From IMG/VR virus record IMGVR_UViG_3300046000_011651, positions 1 to 25,136 of that record: a DNA stretch of 25,136 nt; one strand, 5' to 3'. This DNA comes from a virus. Lineage: Duplodnaviria > Caudoviricetes. The notes under the pieces were generated by a model. That model had not been told where the DNA came from and searched no databases. It worked only from the letters and a program-made list of their open reading frames with translations. This document shows positions 1 to 7,846 of the stretch, in pieces (within the stretch, counting starts at the first letter, position 1; every line of letters starts with the position of its first letter). The position numbers and the translations under genes are program-made.

Positions 1-875
1 AAGACGTCTGCCGCGGTGACGTGCTCGCCGCGCACCTCCCAGGTGAGCTCGGTGTCTACGTCGGGATGCTCGTAGACCTCGCGCCCCACGTCGGTGAGCT
101 CGCCGAAGGGCCGGGCCGGGAGCCAGAGGCGGTAGAGGGCCGGCGCGTCCTCGTCCTCGGCGACCGGGGCGACCGGCGCGGGCGCCTGGTGGTGTTGCGC
201 CACCCACCAGCCGTCGTCGCCAGGAACGCCGCGGTAGCGGGCGGAGGGCGAGAGCAGCACCCGGCCGCACTCGACCCGCGCGCTGTCCAGCCACGCCACC
301 ATGGGGTCGCCGTCGACGTCCAGCACCGCGCCGCAGGAGTCCTCCCCGTCGCTGGCGACGAGGCCCAGCACGGCGCGCTCCGTACCCGCCCACATCACCA
401 GCGAGCCCACCCGCAGGAGGTGCGAGGGTGCGGTGGGGGCGCGCAGGTCGAAGCACCCGGGCAAGAAAGCCATCAGCGCGTCGGCGACCGAGGCCGGGAC
501 CACCGTGCGCCACGGGCCCTCGTCGGTGACGCCGGTCCACAGCACCGCGGTCGAGGCGTCGAGCACCTCCACCGGAGGCATCGGCTCCCAGCCGGCGATC
601 GCCACCAGCCCCACCATGGCGTTCGAAGGCGGGGCCGGGGCGACGGGCACCGGCGCTTCAGTGACGCCAGGGAGCCCGAGCTGCCGCGACGGGGCGACGG
701 CTGCAACGGGCACCGGCCGCTTGCGGGCCGTGAAGGTCGCCACGGTGCCCTCGGGCGTGCACCAGTCGATGGTGGTGCGCTCGGCAGTGGCCACCAACCT
801 CATCTGCGACCCCTCGACGGCGCCCCGCAGCACCAGGGCGATCATGGAGCGGAAGTCCCGCGTCGCGGCGCCCAT
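1..875 (-). CDS. Hypothetical early phage protein (3' truncated by window start)
   Basis: Translated by hand; not in the ORF track. ATG at 875 overlaps the TGA of the RecT-like gene (TGATG) after GGGAAGG. Open to the window edge: MGAATRDFRSMIALVLRGAVEGSQMRLVATAERTTIDWCTPEGTVATF..., with GC-rich third positions and Pro/Ala-rich linkers. Confidence 0.75.
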   Translation of the reverse strand, partial: MGAATRDFRSMIALVLRGAVEGSQMRLVATAERTTIDWCTPEGTVATFTARKRPVPVAAVAPSRQLGLPGVTEAPVPVAPAPPSNAMVGLVAIAGWEPMPPVEVLDASTAVLWTGVTDEGPWRTVVPASVADALMAFLPGCFDLRAPTAPSHLLRVGSLVMWAGTERAVLGLVASDGEDSCGAVLDVDGDPMVAWLDSARVECGRVLLSPSARYRGVPGDDGWWVAQHHQAPAPVAPVAEDEDAPALYRLWLPARPFGELTDVGREVYEHPDVDTELTWEVRGEHVTAADV

Positions 876-2296
876 CACGCGGCCTTCCCAAGCTGCGAAG
901 CCGTCGTGACCGTCGCAGCCGCCCCGCGCTGGGCAGCGGCCTTCCGCGGCCCCTCCTCGGCCCAGGCCGCGACGTCGAGCTGGTGGATGCGCAGCGGGGT
1001 GCGGTAGCCGGAGCTGTTCGCGGGCGTGATCGCCTGGAGACGCCAGCCGGCGAGCTCCACGAGGTGGCTGCTCAGGCGACCGTACTTCCGCACCGCGTTC
1101 TCCACCTCGGTGCGGCTGCTCTTGCCCTCGAGGTACTCCCGCCACTCGTCGCGGGTGCGAGCGGCCTCCGGCGCCAGGCGCATCGTGGCGCCCGCGCTCT
1201 CCGCCGGGGCGACGCTGCCACCCGCCGACGTGGCGGGGGTGCTCGCGCGCGGGGCGTCGGTGCCCGTGGGCGTCGTCGGCGGGGTGGGCGCGAGCGCCGC
1301 CTTGATGCGCGCCGCAGCGTTCTCGACCCCGAGGTCGCTGCACGTCGCCACGGCGGCGGTCTTCACGCGCGTGGGGGCGTCCATGCCCCCGGCGCGGCGC
1401 AGGATGCGGGCGACGTCGGCCACGACCCCGTCCCCGTCCTCGTCGTCGCCGTGGCGGGTGACCGCCGCGAGGCTGTCGTGCGCAAGCACCGTTACGTCGG
1501 GCATCGTCCCGCCGATCAGCGCCGCGGCCTCCACCGCATTCAGGTGGTAGCCCAGGGCGCCGACGCGGGCGACCACCGCGGCGGTGATGGGCTTCGCCGC
1601 GGTGCCGCCGAGGTCGTGGCGACCGTAGACCACGCGCACCCCGGCGAGGTCTGTGGCGTCAGCGAGGTCGGCAACGAAGGCCGCGAGCGCGTCCGGCGCC
1701 GCGAGCTGCGCGGGGGCGTCGTCGCGGACGAGGGTGACCGCGGGAGCCTCGTCGTGTGTGGCGGGGTCGGCGTCGAGCTCGCCCTCAACGAACACACCGA
1801 ACATCACGTCTGGGTAGACGATGCGGGCGATCTCCGACGAGCACCGCGCGCGGAGCATCGCGGCGGGGTAGGTGTTCCAGTTGCCCTTCGACGCGAGGCC
1901 CGCCTTGCGCGCCATCGCGATCGTCCAGGTGTGGCGGTAGGGCGCCTGCTGGCCCTTGCGGTGCGTCTCGATCACGCACCGCTCGTCCGTCGTCTCGGCC
2001 ACCGTCCACCGCAGGCACTGCCCCGACTTGAGCACCACCGCGACGAGCAGGTCGCTCGACAGTACGCTCTTGCCTTCGATGACGTGGATGCCACGCAGCG
2101 CCGCCACGGGCGACAGCCCGAGCGAGGCGCCAGTCAACATGATCACCAGCGCCGCGTCGGGCGACGCCACCTTGAACAGCCGCGAATCAATGCACCGCTT
2201 GGCAAGGCGCTCCAACTCGCTGAAGTCGCGCGGCTCAAACGCCGCCATGCCCGCCGACCCTGCCCGCTGCATCCCAACTTCGTGTTCCGTGGTCAT
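875..2296 (-). CDS. recT: RecT-like single-strand annealing recombinase with long C-terminal extension
   Basis: N-terminal ~175 aa has RecT-like motifs (GASLGLSPVAALRGIHVIEGK, ARKAGL...NWNTYPAAMLRARC...ARIVYPDVMFG). SD AGGAG upstream. Confidence 0.8.
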   Translation of the reverse strand: MTTEHEVGMQRAGSAGMAAFEPRDFSELERLAKRCIDSRLFKVASPDAALVIMLTGASLGLSPVAALRGIHVIEGKSVLSSDLLVAVVLKSGQCLRWTVAETTDERCVIETHRKGQQAPYRHTWTIAMARKAGLASKGNWNTYPAAMLRARCSSEIARIVYPDVMFGVFVEGELDADPATHDEAPAVTLVRDDAPAQLAAPDALAAFVADLADATDLAGVRVVYGRHDLGGTAAKPITAAVVARVGALGYHLNAVEAAALIGGTMPDVTVLAHDSLAAVTRHGDDEDGDGVVADVARILRRAGGMDAPTRVKTAAVATCSDLGVENAAARIKAALAPTPPTTPTGTDAPRASTPATSAGGSVAPAESAGATMRLAPEAARTRDEWREYLEGKSSRTEVENAVRKYGRLSSHLVELAGWRLQAITPANSSGYRTPLRIHQLDVAAWAEEGPRKAAAQRGAAATVTTASQLGKAA

Positions 2297-2327
2297 CGTC
2301 GTCTCCTGTCGTTGATCGTTGAAGCGT

Positions 2328-2404
2328 CCGGCGCTCCGGTGACGGACGGGGGCGCCCTGGGGTTGGGGCGCGTCCGCAAGTCGCCGCAGCCCCGGAGGGC
2401 GGCG
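2328..2404 (-). promoter_or_regulatory. Structured intergenic leader (three GC hairpins) upstream of recT
   Basis: Inverted repeats at 2382-2404, 2342-2377 and 2328-2339 in the only sizeable gap of the operon; no U-tract. Confidence 0.35.
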
Positions 2405-2407
2405 CGC

Positions 2408-2848
2408 TCAGCCCCGCTGTCGGGCCTCGGCCGCGGCGATCTCCGCGCGGAACCCGCGCAGCTCGTCGGCGGTCATCCGGCGCAGCGCGGCCATCAGGTC
2501 GCGGTGGGCCCGCCGGGCGGTGGGGACCGGGTCGCAGCCGCAGGGCACCGACACCAGGATGCCGCCGCACCGGGGGCAGCGCTGCGAGGGCGGCGGCGGC
2601 ACCGTGGCGACGCCGTTGACCGCGTCGAGGTCGCAGAGCCCGCAGGACTCGGCGCCCTCCGGAAGGCCCGCGCGGGCGCAGGGGCAGCGCACCGTGATCG
2701 TCGGCGCGGTCACCAGCACCATCTCGTAGAGGCCCGCCAGCTGGCGGCAGCTCGCGCAGGCCCCGTGCTCGATCTCCACCGGGTAGCAGTCGTGGCCGCA
2801 GCTCGTGCACTCGACCGTCTCGCGGTCGTCGCCCGGGGTTCCGATCAC
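2408..2848 (-). CDS. Cys-rich multi-zinc-finger hypothetical protein (146 aa)
   Basis: GTG at 2848 overlaps the upstream TGA (GTGA). 13 Cys in CTSC, HDC, CASC, CPC, CGLC, CPRC, CGC. Confidence 0.7.
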   Translation of the reverse strand: MIGTPGDDRETVECTSCGHDCYPVEIEHGACASCRQLAGLYEMVLVTAPTITVRCPCARAGLPEGAESCGLCDLDAVNGVATVPPPPSQRCPRCGGILVSVPCGCDPVPTARRAHRDLMAALRRMTADELRGFRAEIAAAEARQRG

Positions 2849-3174
2849 CGTGCACCGCCCATCTCGCGGGTCACCCGCGCGGCCCAGCCCTCGACGCTCT
2901 CGCCGGTGAGGTCGACGATCATGTCGAGCGCATCCGCCCCGTCGTCGGCGCCCATCGCCCGGGCCGCCCGCATCGCCGCGGTGTACTGGCACCGCTGGTC
3001 ATCGTGGCGGGCCAGCGCCCGAACGTCGTCGGCGATCTCGGCCCACTCCTCGCGGGTCGCCGCGGTGAGGCACGCGCGGGCCGCGCACCGAGCGCCGAGG
3101 CCGCGGACCAGGTCGGCGAGGTCGTGGCGCACCATCGCGGTGAAGCTCGGGCCCAGCATAGCGGGGGCGTTCAC
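2845..3174 (-). CDS. Hypothetical protein (109 aa)
   Basis: GTG at 3174 coupled to upstream stop (GTGA) with SD AGGAGG; helical Ala-rich product VNAPAMLGPSFTAMVRHDL... Confidence 0.7.
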   Translation of the reverse strand: MNAPAMLGPSFTAMVRHDLADLVRGLGARCAARACLTAATREEWAEIADDVRALARHDDQRCQYTAAMRAARAMGADDGADALDMIVDLTGESVEGWAARVTREMGGAR

Positions 3175-3377
3175 GCGGCCTCCTGGCGGGCGGACTCGAT
3201 CTCCCGGTCGGCGTCGACGCGGGCCATCTGCCACGCGATGAACTCCTCCGTCGCCAGGAGCTCGTGCTCGAGCTCCACCTGGGCGCGCAGGGCCAGCTCC
3301 GCGTCGCGGTGGTCGTAGTGCTCGGCCAGGGCGGCGTCGAAGGGAGTCGGGGGGTCGCTGAGGGTGAACTTTCGCAT
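3171..3377 (-). CDS. Hypothetical acidic coiled-coil protein (68 aa), first gene after PL
   Basis: ATG with GGAGG SD just downstream of the PL-like promoter. Confidence 0.75.
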   Translation of the reverse strand: MRKFTLSDPPTPFDAALAEHYDHRDAELALRAQVELEHELLATEEFIAWQMARVDADREIESARQEAA

Positions 3378-3418
3378 CGGGGCCTCCAGCCCGCGGCGAG
3401 TGGCCAGCGGGTAGAGAA

Positions 3419-3460
3419 ACCCTATCGACGTCTATTGGCGTTGTCAACAACTGGCGTAGA
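3419..3460 (-). promoter_or_regulatory. PL-like early promoter with two operator-like sites
   Basis: Minus strand TTGACA (3447-3442), 17 bp, TAGGGT (3424-3419). 14-bp sites at 3431-3444 and 3447-3460 flank and overlap the -35. Confidence 0.75.
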
Positions 3461-3480
3461 CACGCCTACGCGGAGCGACG

Positions 3481-3957
3481 CTAGGCTATGACGGCCGTCA
3501 TATCGATGCGTAGCGCCGCGGCCCACCAGGGCATCCCGGTCTCGGCCGCAAGCCGCACGGCCGTGAGGTCGCCCGCAGCCCGCAGCCGTCGCAGGAGGGA
3601 CTCCGGCGCGGCGAGGGCCAGCGCGAGCGTCCACACGTCCCCGTGGGCGTCGGGAAGCCCGGCCTTCGCGAGCATCCAGTGCGCGAGCTCGTGCAGGATC
3701 AGGATCAGCACATAGGCCGGGTCACCCCGCGGGCGGACATAGATGCCCTGCGACGTGACGAGGCCGTCGACCCCGTGGGGCAGCTCAGGGTCGAGCGTCA
3801 CCGAGGCCTTCTGGCCGCGGGCGAGTCCCTCCGCTCCGTCGCCGTCGCGGGCCTCCCACGCCTGCTCTGCCATGGACTCAATCACGCCCGGCGAGACGTT
3901 CCGTGTGCCGCCCCTGGTCTCGGATGCCGCCTCGACGGCAACCACGCACGCGCTCAT
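3481..3957 (-). CDS. ImmA/IrrE-family metallo-endopeptidase (putative antirepressor protease)
   Basis: HELAH zinc motif preceded by GVDGLV...IYVR and followed by ALALAAP; directly downstream of an XRE repressor. Start codon uncertain. Confidence 0.7.
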   Translation of the reverse strand: MSACVVAVEAASETRGGTRNVSPGVIESMAEQAWEARDGDGAEGLARGQKASVTLDPELPHGVDGLVTSQGIYVRPRGDPAYVLILILHELAHWMLAKAGLPDAHGDVWTLALALAAPESLLRRLRAAGDLTAVRLAAETGMPWWAAALRIDMTAVIA

Positions 3958-4017
3958 CAGCCTCGACGGTACGCGCCGCCCGCGGGGTGGCTAGGGCAGA
4001 ATCCCGGCGCGGACGTC

Positions 4018-4488
4018 CTATGTCACGGGCGGTGTCTCGTGCCGGAGGATGTAGCGCGCCAACTCCGCGACGGACGAAGGCGTCGGCGGGGCTGTCAGTA
4101 CCGGCGCGGCGTTCGCGAGCCGCTGCCACACCCACTCGGGCAGCGACGGCTCAATGGACTTCGCGGCGCGCAGGAGCGCGGGCCAGTTCGCGAGATTGAG
4201 GAAGCGGGCGACGCCCGACCTCATATCCGACTGGATATCCGGGGCCTGCGGCGATGCCCCGCCGTCCATCTCGCCGCGCCCGGTGCGTAGCCAGGTCGCG
4301 TCGACCTCGAGCGCGGCCGCTACCTTGTCGAGCGTGCGGGCCTCGACGCGGGCGTCAGGGTTCGCGTCCAGCTTCGCGAGCAGCGACGACACCGTGGAGT
4401 GAGAAAGCCCCGCCGCCTCGGAGAGCGAGCGGGCCGACATCCCACGGGTCTCGATCAGCCGGCGGATGCGTTCGGCGGTGTCGCTCAC
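4018..4488 (-). CDS. XRE-family HTH phage repressor (CI/ImmR-like), 156 aa
   Basis: From GTG 4488: AERIRRLIETRGMSARSLSEAAGLSHSTVSSL...TLDKVAAALEVDATWLRTGRGE. Divergent from the cro-like gene; no S24 autopeptidase motifs seen. Confidence 0.85.
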   Translation of the reverse strand: MSDTAERIRRLIETRGMSARSLSEAAGLSHSTVSSLLAKLDANPDARVEARTLDKVAAALEVDATWLRTGRGEMDGGASPQAPDIQSDMRSGVARFLNLANWPALLRAAKSIEPSLPEWVWQRLANAAPVLTAPPTPSSVAELARYILRHETPPVT

Positions 4489-4494
4489 CTGCGA

Positions 4495-4572
4495 ACGATC
4501 GCCCCGCCGTCTACCGGCGTCGATGGGGTCTCGTGCGCGGTTGTTGACAACGCCAGTAGTCGCGTCTACGCT
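4495..4572. promoter_or_regulatory. Divergent PRM/PR control region with two operator-like sites
   Basis: Plus strand TTGACA (4544-4549), 17 bp, TACGCT (4567-4572). Weaker minus-strand TCGACG-17-GATCGT ahead of the repressor GTG. 14-bp sites at 4510-4523 and 4547-4560. Confidence 0.75.
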
Positions 4573-4579
4573 GAACGAC

Positions 4580-4909
4580 ATGGATACCTCCTCTGTCTCC
4601 GAACGCATCGAATACCTGGGGAAGTGCGCAGGCTCCCTGCGGCGGCTTGACAAGGCGGCCGGCCTTCCTGCGGGCCACGCGCACGCCCTCACGGGTCGGA
4701 TCGTCGACCCCCACCTGTCCACGCTGCATAAGATCGCGGACGGCGCAGCGGTAGCCCGGTCGTGGGTCACGAACGGCGAGGGTCCCACGCCCGACGCCGC
4801 CGTGGTGCGCGAGGCCATTGCCCGCGCCTGCGACGACGTCAACCCCACCCTACGGGACGAGGCCGACGAGACCTCCACCGAAATCGTGCGCCCCTCGCAG
4901 GGGGCGTGA
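4580..4909 (+). CDS. Cro-like XRE HTH regulator (109 aa), probably leaderless
   Basis: SERIEYLGKCAGSLRRLDKAAGL...STLHKIADGAAVARSWVTNGEG resembles the repressor HTH. ATG lies 7 nt after the -10 box with no SD. Confidence 0.75.
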   Translation: MDTSSVSERIEYLGKCAGSLRRLDKAAGLPAGHAHALTGRIVDPHLSTLHKIADGAAVARSWVTNGEGPTPDAAVVREAIARACDDVNPTLRDEADETSTEIVRPSQGA

Positions 4910-5055
4910 TGCGCGCCCTCCTGCTGCAGCTCGTCGCGGCGGTCCTCGTCGCCAACCTCTTCGCGCCGGGTGCTGCGCCCGTCGTCGTGATCGACGTGCT
5001 CGCGGTCGCCATCCTGGTGGTGGCGTCCAGCGCTCTCGCCAACGGGGAGGGCTGA
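4909..5055 (+). CDS. Small hydrophobic membrane peptide (48 aa)
   Basis: TGATG coupling; two hydrophobic stretches MRALLLQLVAAVLVANLF and VVVIDVLAVAILVVASSAL. Confidence 0.65.
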   Translation: MRALLLQLVAAVLVANLFAPGAAPVVVIDVLAVAILVVASSALANGEG

Positions 5056-5058
5056 TCC

Positions 5059-5337
5059 ATGGTCACCCGCTGGCCCGACCGCACGGTCCCCGTCACTCTC
5101 CGCCGCGGCGATGTGGTGCTGCTCTGCGCCGATCGCGCGGGCACCCTCGACCGCTACGCAACGGTCGGCCGCGTGTGGGTGCACCGCTCCTCGCGCCAGG
5201 TTGCCCGCATCGAGACCGCCGACGCCTCGGGCCCGGTGACCTACCGCGTGCGTGACGCCGCTCGGCTGCTCTACGCCTGCGAGGGCGGGCGCCGGCACCG
5301 CGGTGCGGTGGGTCTCATCGTCGAAAGGGCGAGCTGA
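5059..5337 (+). CDS. Hypothetical protein (92 aa)
   Basis: GGGGAGG SD, tight packing, typical codon usage. Confidence 0.7.
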   Translation: MVTRWPDRTVPVTLRRGDVVLLCADRAGTLDRYATVGRVWVHRSSRQVARIETADASGPVTYRVRDAARLLYACEGGRRHRGAVGLIVERAS

Positions 5338-5570
5338 TGCGCCACGACCTCCAGGAGGAGACCGGCTCACGCCTCGGGCAGATCCGCGACCTCGAGCGCG
5401 ACCTCGCCGAGCTCCACGGCTACCGCCGCCCGCCCCCCGGCCAGGGCGGCTCGCTCGACTGCGTGGACCCGTCCACGGGCGAGCGCATGACCCTCGGCGC
5501 GGTGATCTCGCGCCTCCGCCGGGAGCACCGGGAGGCCCGCGTTGCCGGCGCCCGCGAGGAGGCGCTGTGA
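5337..5570 (+). CDS. Hypothetical protein (77 aa)
   Basis: TGATG coupling; N-terminal coiled-coil-like segment. Confidence 0.7.
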   Translation: MRHDLQEETGSRLGQIRDLERDLAELHGYRRPPPGQGGSLDCVDPSTGERMTLGAVISRLRREHREARVAGAREEAL

Positions 5571-6457
5571 GCGAGCCCACCTACGAGGTCTGGCATCTCG
5601 ACGGGCGCCGCCCCGAGCTGCTCTCCGGCGGGCACCCCGACAAGGGCGTCTGCCGCCGCGCGTGGCGGCTCTCGACCCACGCTGTCATCGCCAAGGACGG
5701 CCTGGTGCTGGAGCCCAAGCCGAGCTGCGACAGCCGCAAGGCGAAGGCCCTCGCGTCCGCCATCGCCGACGCCCACCGGGCTGCGACGGGCAGCGCCCCG
5801 ACGCCCGCCTTCGTCGGCCCCGCGGGTGGTGACGGCAAGCGCCTCCTCGAGAGCAGCAGCGCCTCCATGCGCGCCCTCGACCCGCGCCGCCCGGCCGTCG
5901 AGCCGACCCCGCTCCCCACCCCCTGCGACGAAGCCCCCGCGCCCGTCGTCGTGGTGACCCGCAAGCCCACCGCCGTGCCCGCCCCGGAGACCCCCGCGAT
6001 GACGACCACGACCACCGGCCGCTGCCCGTGCGGGGAGCCCTCGGCGCCGACGAACCCGAGCGCCAGCGGGAGGCCCAGCACGCCGCAGTTCGCCGACCTC
6101 TGCAAGGTGCACCGCGTCGCCGCGAGCAACCGGCGCTACCAGCAGAAGCTGACCCCCGACGAGGCGCGCACGAAGACGCTGGCCTCCATCGGACGCGAGC
6201 CCGAGCCGCGCGCCTCGAAGGCTCCCGCATCGAAGCCCCGGCCCTCGAAGCCCGCCCCGGTCGCCCGCGCCCCGAAGGACCGCGCCGCCGACGCCCCGGT
6301 CTCCGACCTGCTCGCGGTCGTGCGCCGCCAGCGCGCGGCCATCGACCTCCTCGGCGGCATCGACCAGGCCGAGCGGGTGGCCGCAGCGTGTGCGCGGGTC
6401 GGCGGTGCCGAGTCGCTGGTCGCCCTGGTCGACGAGCTCACGCGGGCGGTGGCGTGA
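5567..6457 (+). CDS. Hypothetical protein with Pro-rich linkers and a CxC...CxxH zinc-finger-like module (296 aa)
   Basis: GTG at 5567 after GAGGAGG, overlapping the upstream stop; CPCG...RPSTPQFADLCKVHR. Confidence 0.7.
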   Translation: MSEPTYEVWHLDGRRPELLSGGHPDKGVCRRAWRLSTHAVIAKDGLVLEPKPSCDSRKAKALASAIADAHRAATGSAPTPAFVGPAGGDGKRLLESSSASMRALDPRRPAVEPTPLPTPCDEAPAPVVVVTRKPTAVPAPETPAMTTTTTGRCPCGEPSAPTNPSASGRPSTPQFADLCKVHRVAASNRRYQQKLTPDEARTKTLASIGREPEPRASKAPASKPRPSKPAPVARAPKDRAADAPVSDLLAVVRRQRAAIDLLGGIDQAERVAAACARVGGAESLVALVDELTRAVA

Positions 6458-6615
6458 TGGAGCCGCAGCCCTTCTGGCTCGCGCAGCACAACCTCCGGGA
6501 GACCCGGCGCCGCGCCCGCATCCTGCGCCTTCACGGCCACGCCGCGACGCCCTACCCCGCCGAGGGATGCGTGCGATGCGAGCTGCACGTGGTGACGCCG
6601 CGGGGTGCCCGGTGA
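6457..6615 (+). CDS. Hypothetical protein (52 aa)
   Basis: TGATG coupling; MEPQPFWLAQHNLRE...CVRCELH. Confidence 0.6.
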   Translation: MEPQPFWLAQHNLRETRRRARILRLHGHAATPYPAEGCVRCELHVVTPRGAR

Positions 6616-6839
6616 GGTCCCGCCACACCGCCGCCTCCGTGCTCGGCAACGCCACCCAGGCCGCGCGCCGCACGGTCCAGGCGCATCGCAACGACGTCGA
6701 CCGTGCCCGCGCTACCCGCGCCTTCCTCGGCGACGACGCGCCCTCCCCGGCGCACCGCTACGACCTCGCCGACGACGTCGACGACGCCCTCCCGACCACC
6801 GCCCACGTCCGCGGCCTGCGCGCCGTCGAGGAGGCCTAG
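6612..6839 (+). CDS. Hypothetical protein (75 aa)
   Basis: GTGA coupling; fills the gap exactly and its 3' end carries the next SD (GAGGAGG). Confidence 0.6.
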   Translation: MRSRHTAASVLGNATQAARRTVQAHRNDVDRARATRAFLGDDAPSPAHRYDLADDVDDALPTTAHVRGLRAVEEA

Positions 6840-6842
6840 GCC

Positions 6843-7193
6843 ATGCTGGACATCGTCCGATCGCCCTACGGGCCCTGCGAGATCGACTGCACCGGCAACG
6901 TCGCGTGCTGGCCCTGGGCGCCTCCTCCGGCCGTCGAGGAGATCCCCGACGACGTGATGGGCCCCGAGGCCCTGGCCCGGCTGGACGCCCCCGTCGCCTC
7001 GATGTGCACCGCCCACGGCTGCACCCTCGCCGCGGCCGGTGTGCGCCGCAACACACGGCCCGCGCTCGCGCCCTTCTGCGACCGTCACCGGCACATCGCC
7101 ACCGTGCGGATCGCCGCAGGGCGCACGCCCGAGGAGGCCGCGGCCCGGCTGCGCATAGGGATGGCCCCGGGGCGCCCGAGGTCCACGCAGTGA
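6843..7193 (+). CDS. Zinc-finger-like hypothetical protein (116 aa)
   Basis: SD GAGGAGG; CTAHGC...AAGVRRNTRPALAPFCDRHR. Confidence 0.7.
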   Translation: MLDIVRSPYGPCEIDCTGNVACWPWAPPPAVEEIPDDVMGPEALARLDAPVASMCTAHGCTLAAAGVRRNTRPALAPFCDRHRHIATVRIAAGRTPEEAAARLRIGMAPGRPRSTQ

Positions 7194-7846
7194 GCCTCTC
7201 CAAGGACGCCTGGGCGCCGCACCCGACGCTCCCGCTGGCCACCCGGGAGGAGATGCTCGCGCACCAGTCGCAGCCTGACCTCCTCTACTTCCTCGACACC
7301 GAGACCACCGGGCTCTCGCGCTCGGTCGACCGGGTGGTCGAGGTCGCCGTCGCTGCGGTCGACCGGCGCACCTGGACGGTGCTCTGGGAGGCCGCGCAGC
7401 TCATCGACCCCACGTGCTCGATGCCCTCCGCCGCCACCCGCGTCAACGGCATCACCACCGCCATGGTGCGGGGCCGGCCGCTCTTCGTCGACGTGTGGCC
7501 CCGGGTCGCCGCCAAGATCCCCAACGGCGCCACTGTCGTTGCCCACGCGGCGGCCTTCGACCGCGGGATGATCGCCAGCGAGCTCGCCCGCACCCGCTAC
7601 CCGGCGCCCGAATGGGCCTGGGAGGACAGCCGCGCCCGCGCCCGCAAGGTGCTCCCCGACCGCAGCCACAAGCTGCAGGACCTGCGCGACCTGTTCCGCT
7701 GCCCCGGCGGCACCGCGCACCGCGCCCTCGGCGATGTGCAGACCCTTGTCGCCGTGTACCGCGCCCTCCTCGAGCGCCAGGCCGAGGACGCCGCGGCGGC
7801 CGCCGCCAACGTCGCCCCGCTACTCGCCACTCGGAAGGTCGCGTGA
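7190..7846 (+). CDS. DEDDh 3'-5' exonuclease (DnaQ/PolIII epsilon-like), 218 aa
   Basis: ExoI FLDTETTG, ExoII VAHAAAFD, ExoIII AHRALGDV; GTG at 7190 coupled to upstream stop. Confidence 0.9.
   Translation: MSLSKDAWAPHPTLPLATREEMLAHQSQPDLLYFLDTETTGLSRSVDRVVEVAVAAVDRRTWTVLWEAAQLIDPTCSMPSAATRVNGITTAMVRGRPLFVDVWPRVAAKIPNGATVVAHAAAFDRGMIASELARTRYPAPEWAWEDSRARARKVLPDRSHKLQDLRDLFRCPGGTAHRALGDVQTLVAVYRALLERQAEDAAAAAANVAPLLATRKVA

Noticed and set aside
21-3241. Plus-strand ORFs 21-1007, 301-909, 983-3241
   Set aside because: Shadows of the leftward operon, which has SD sites, coupling and RecT motifs.
4018-5580. 520-aa version of the repressor and other upstream-extended starts in the ORF track
   Set aside because: Extensions overlap other genes and promoters and are Arg/Gly/Pro-rich noise; coupled starts fit better.
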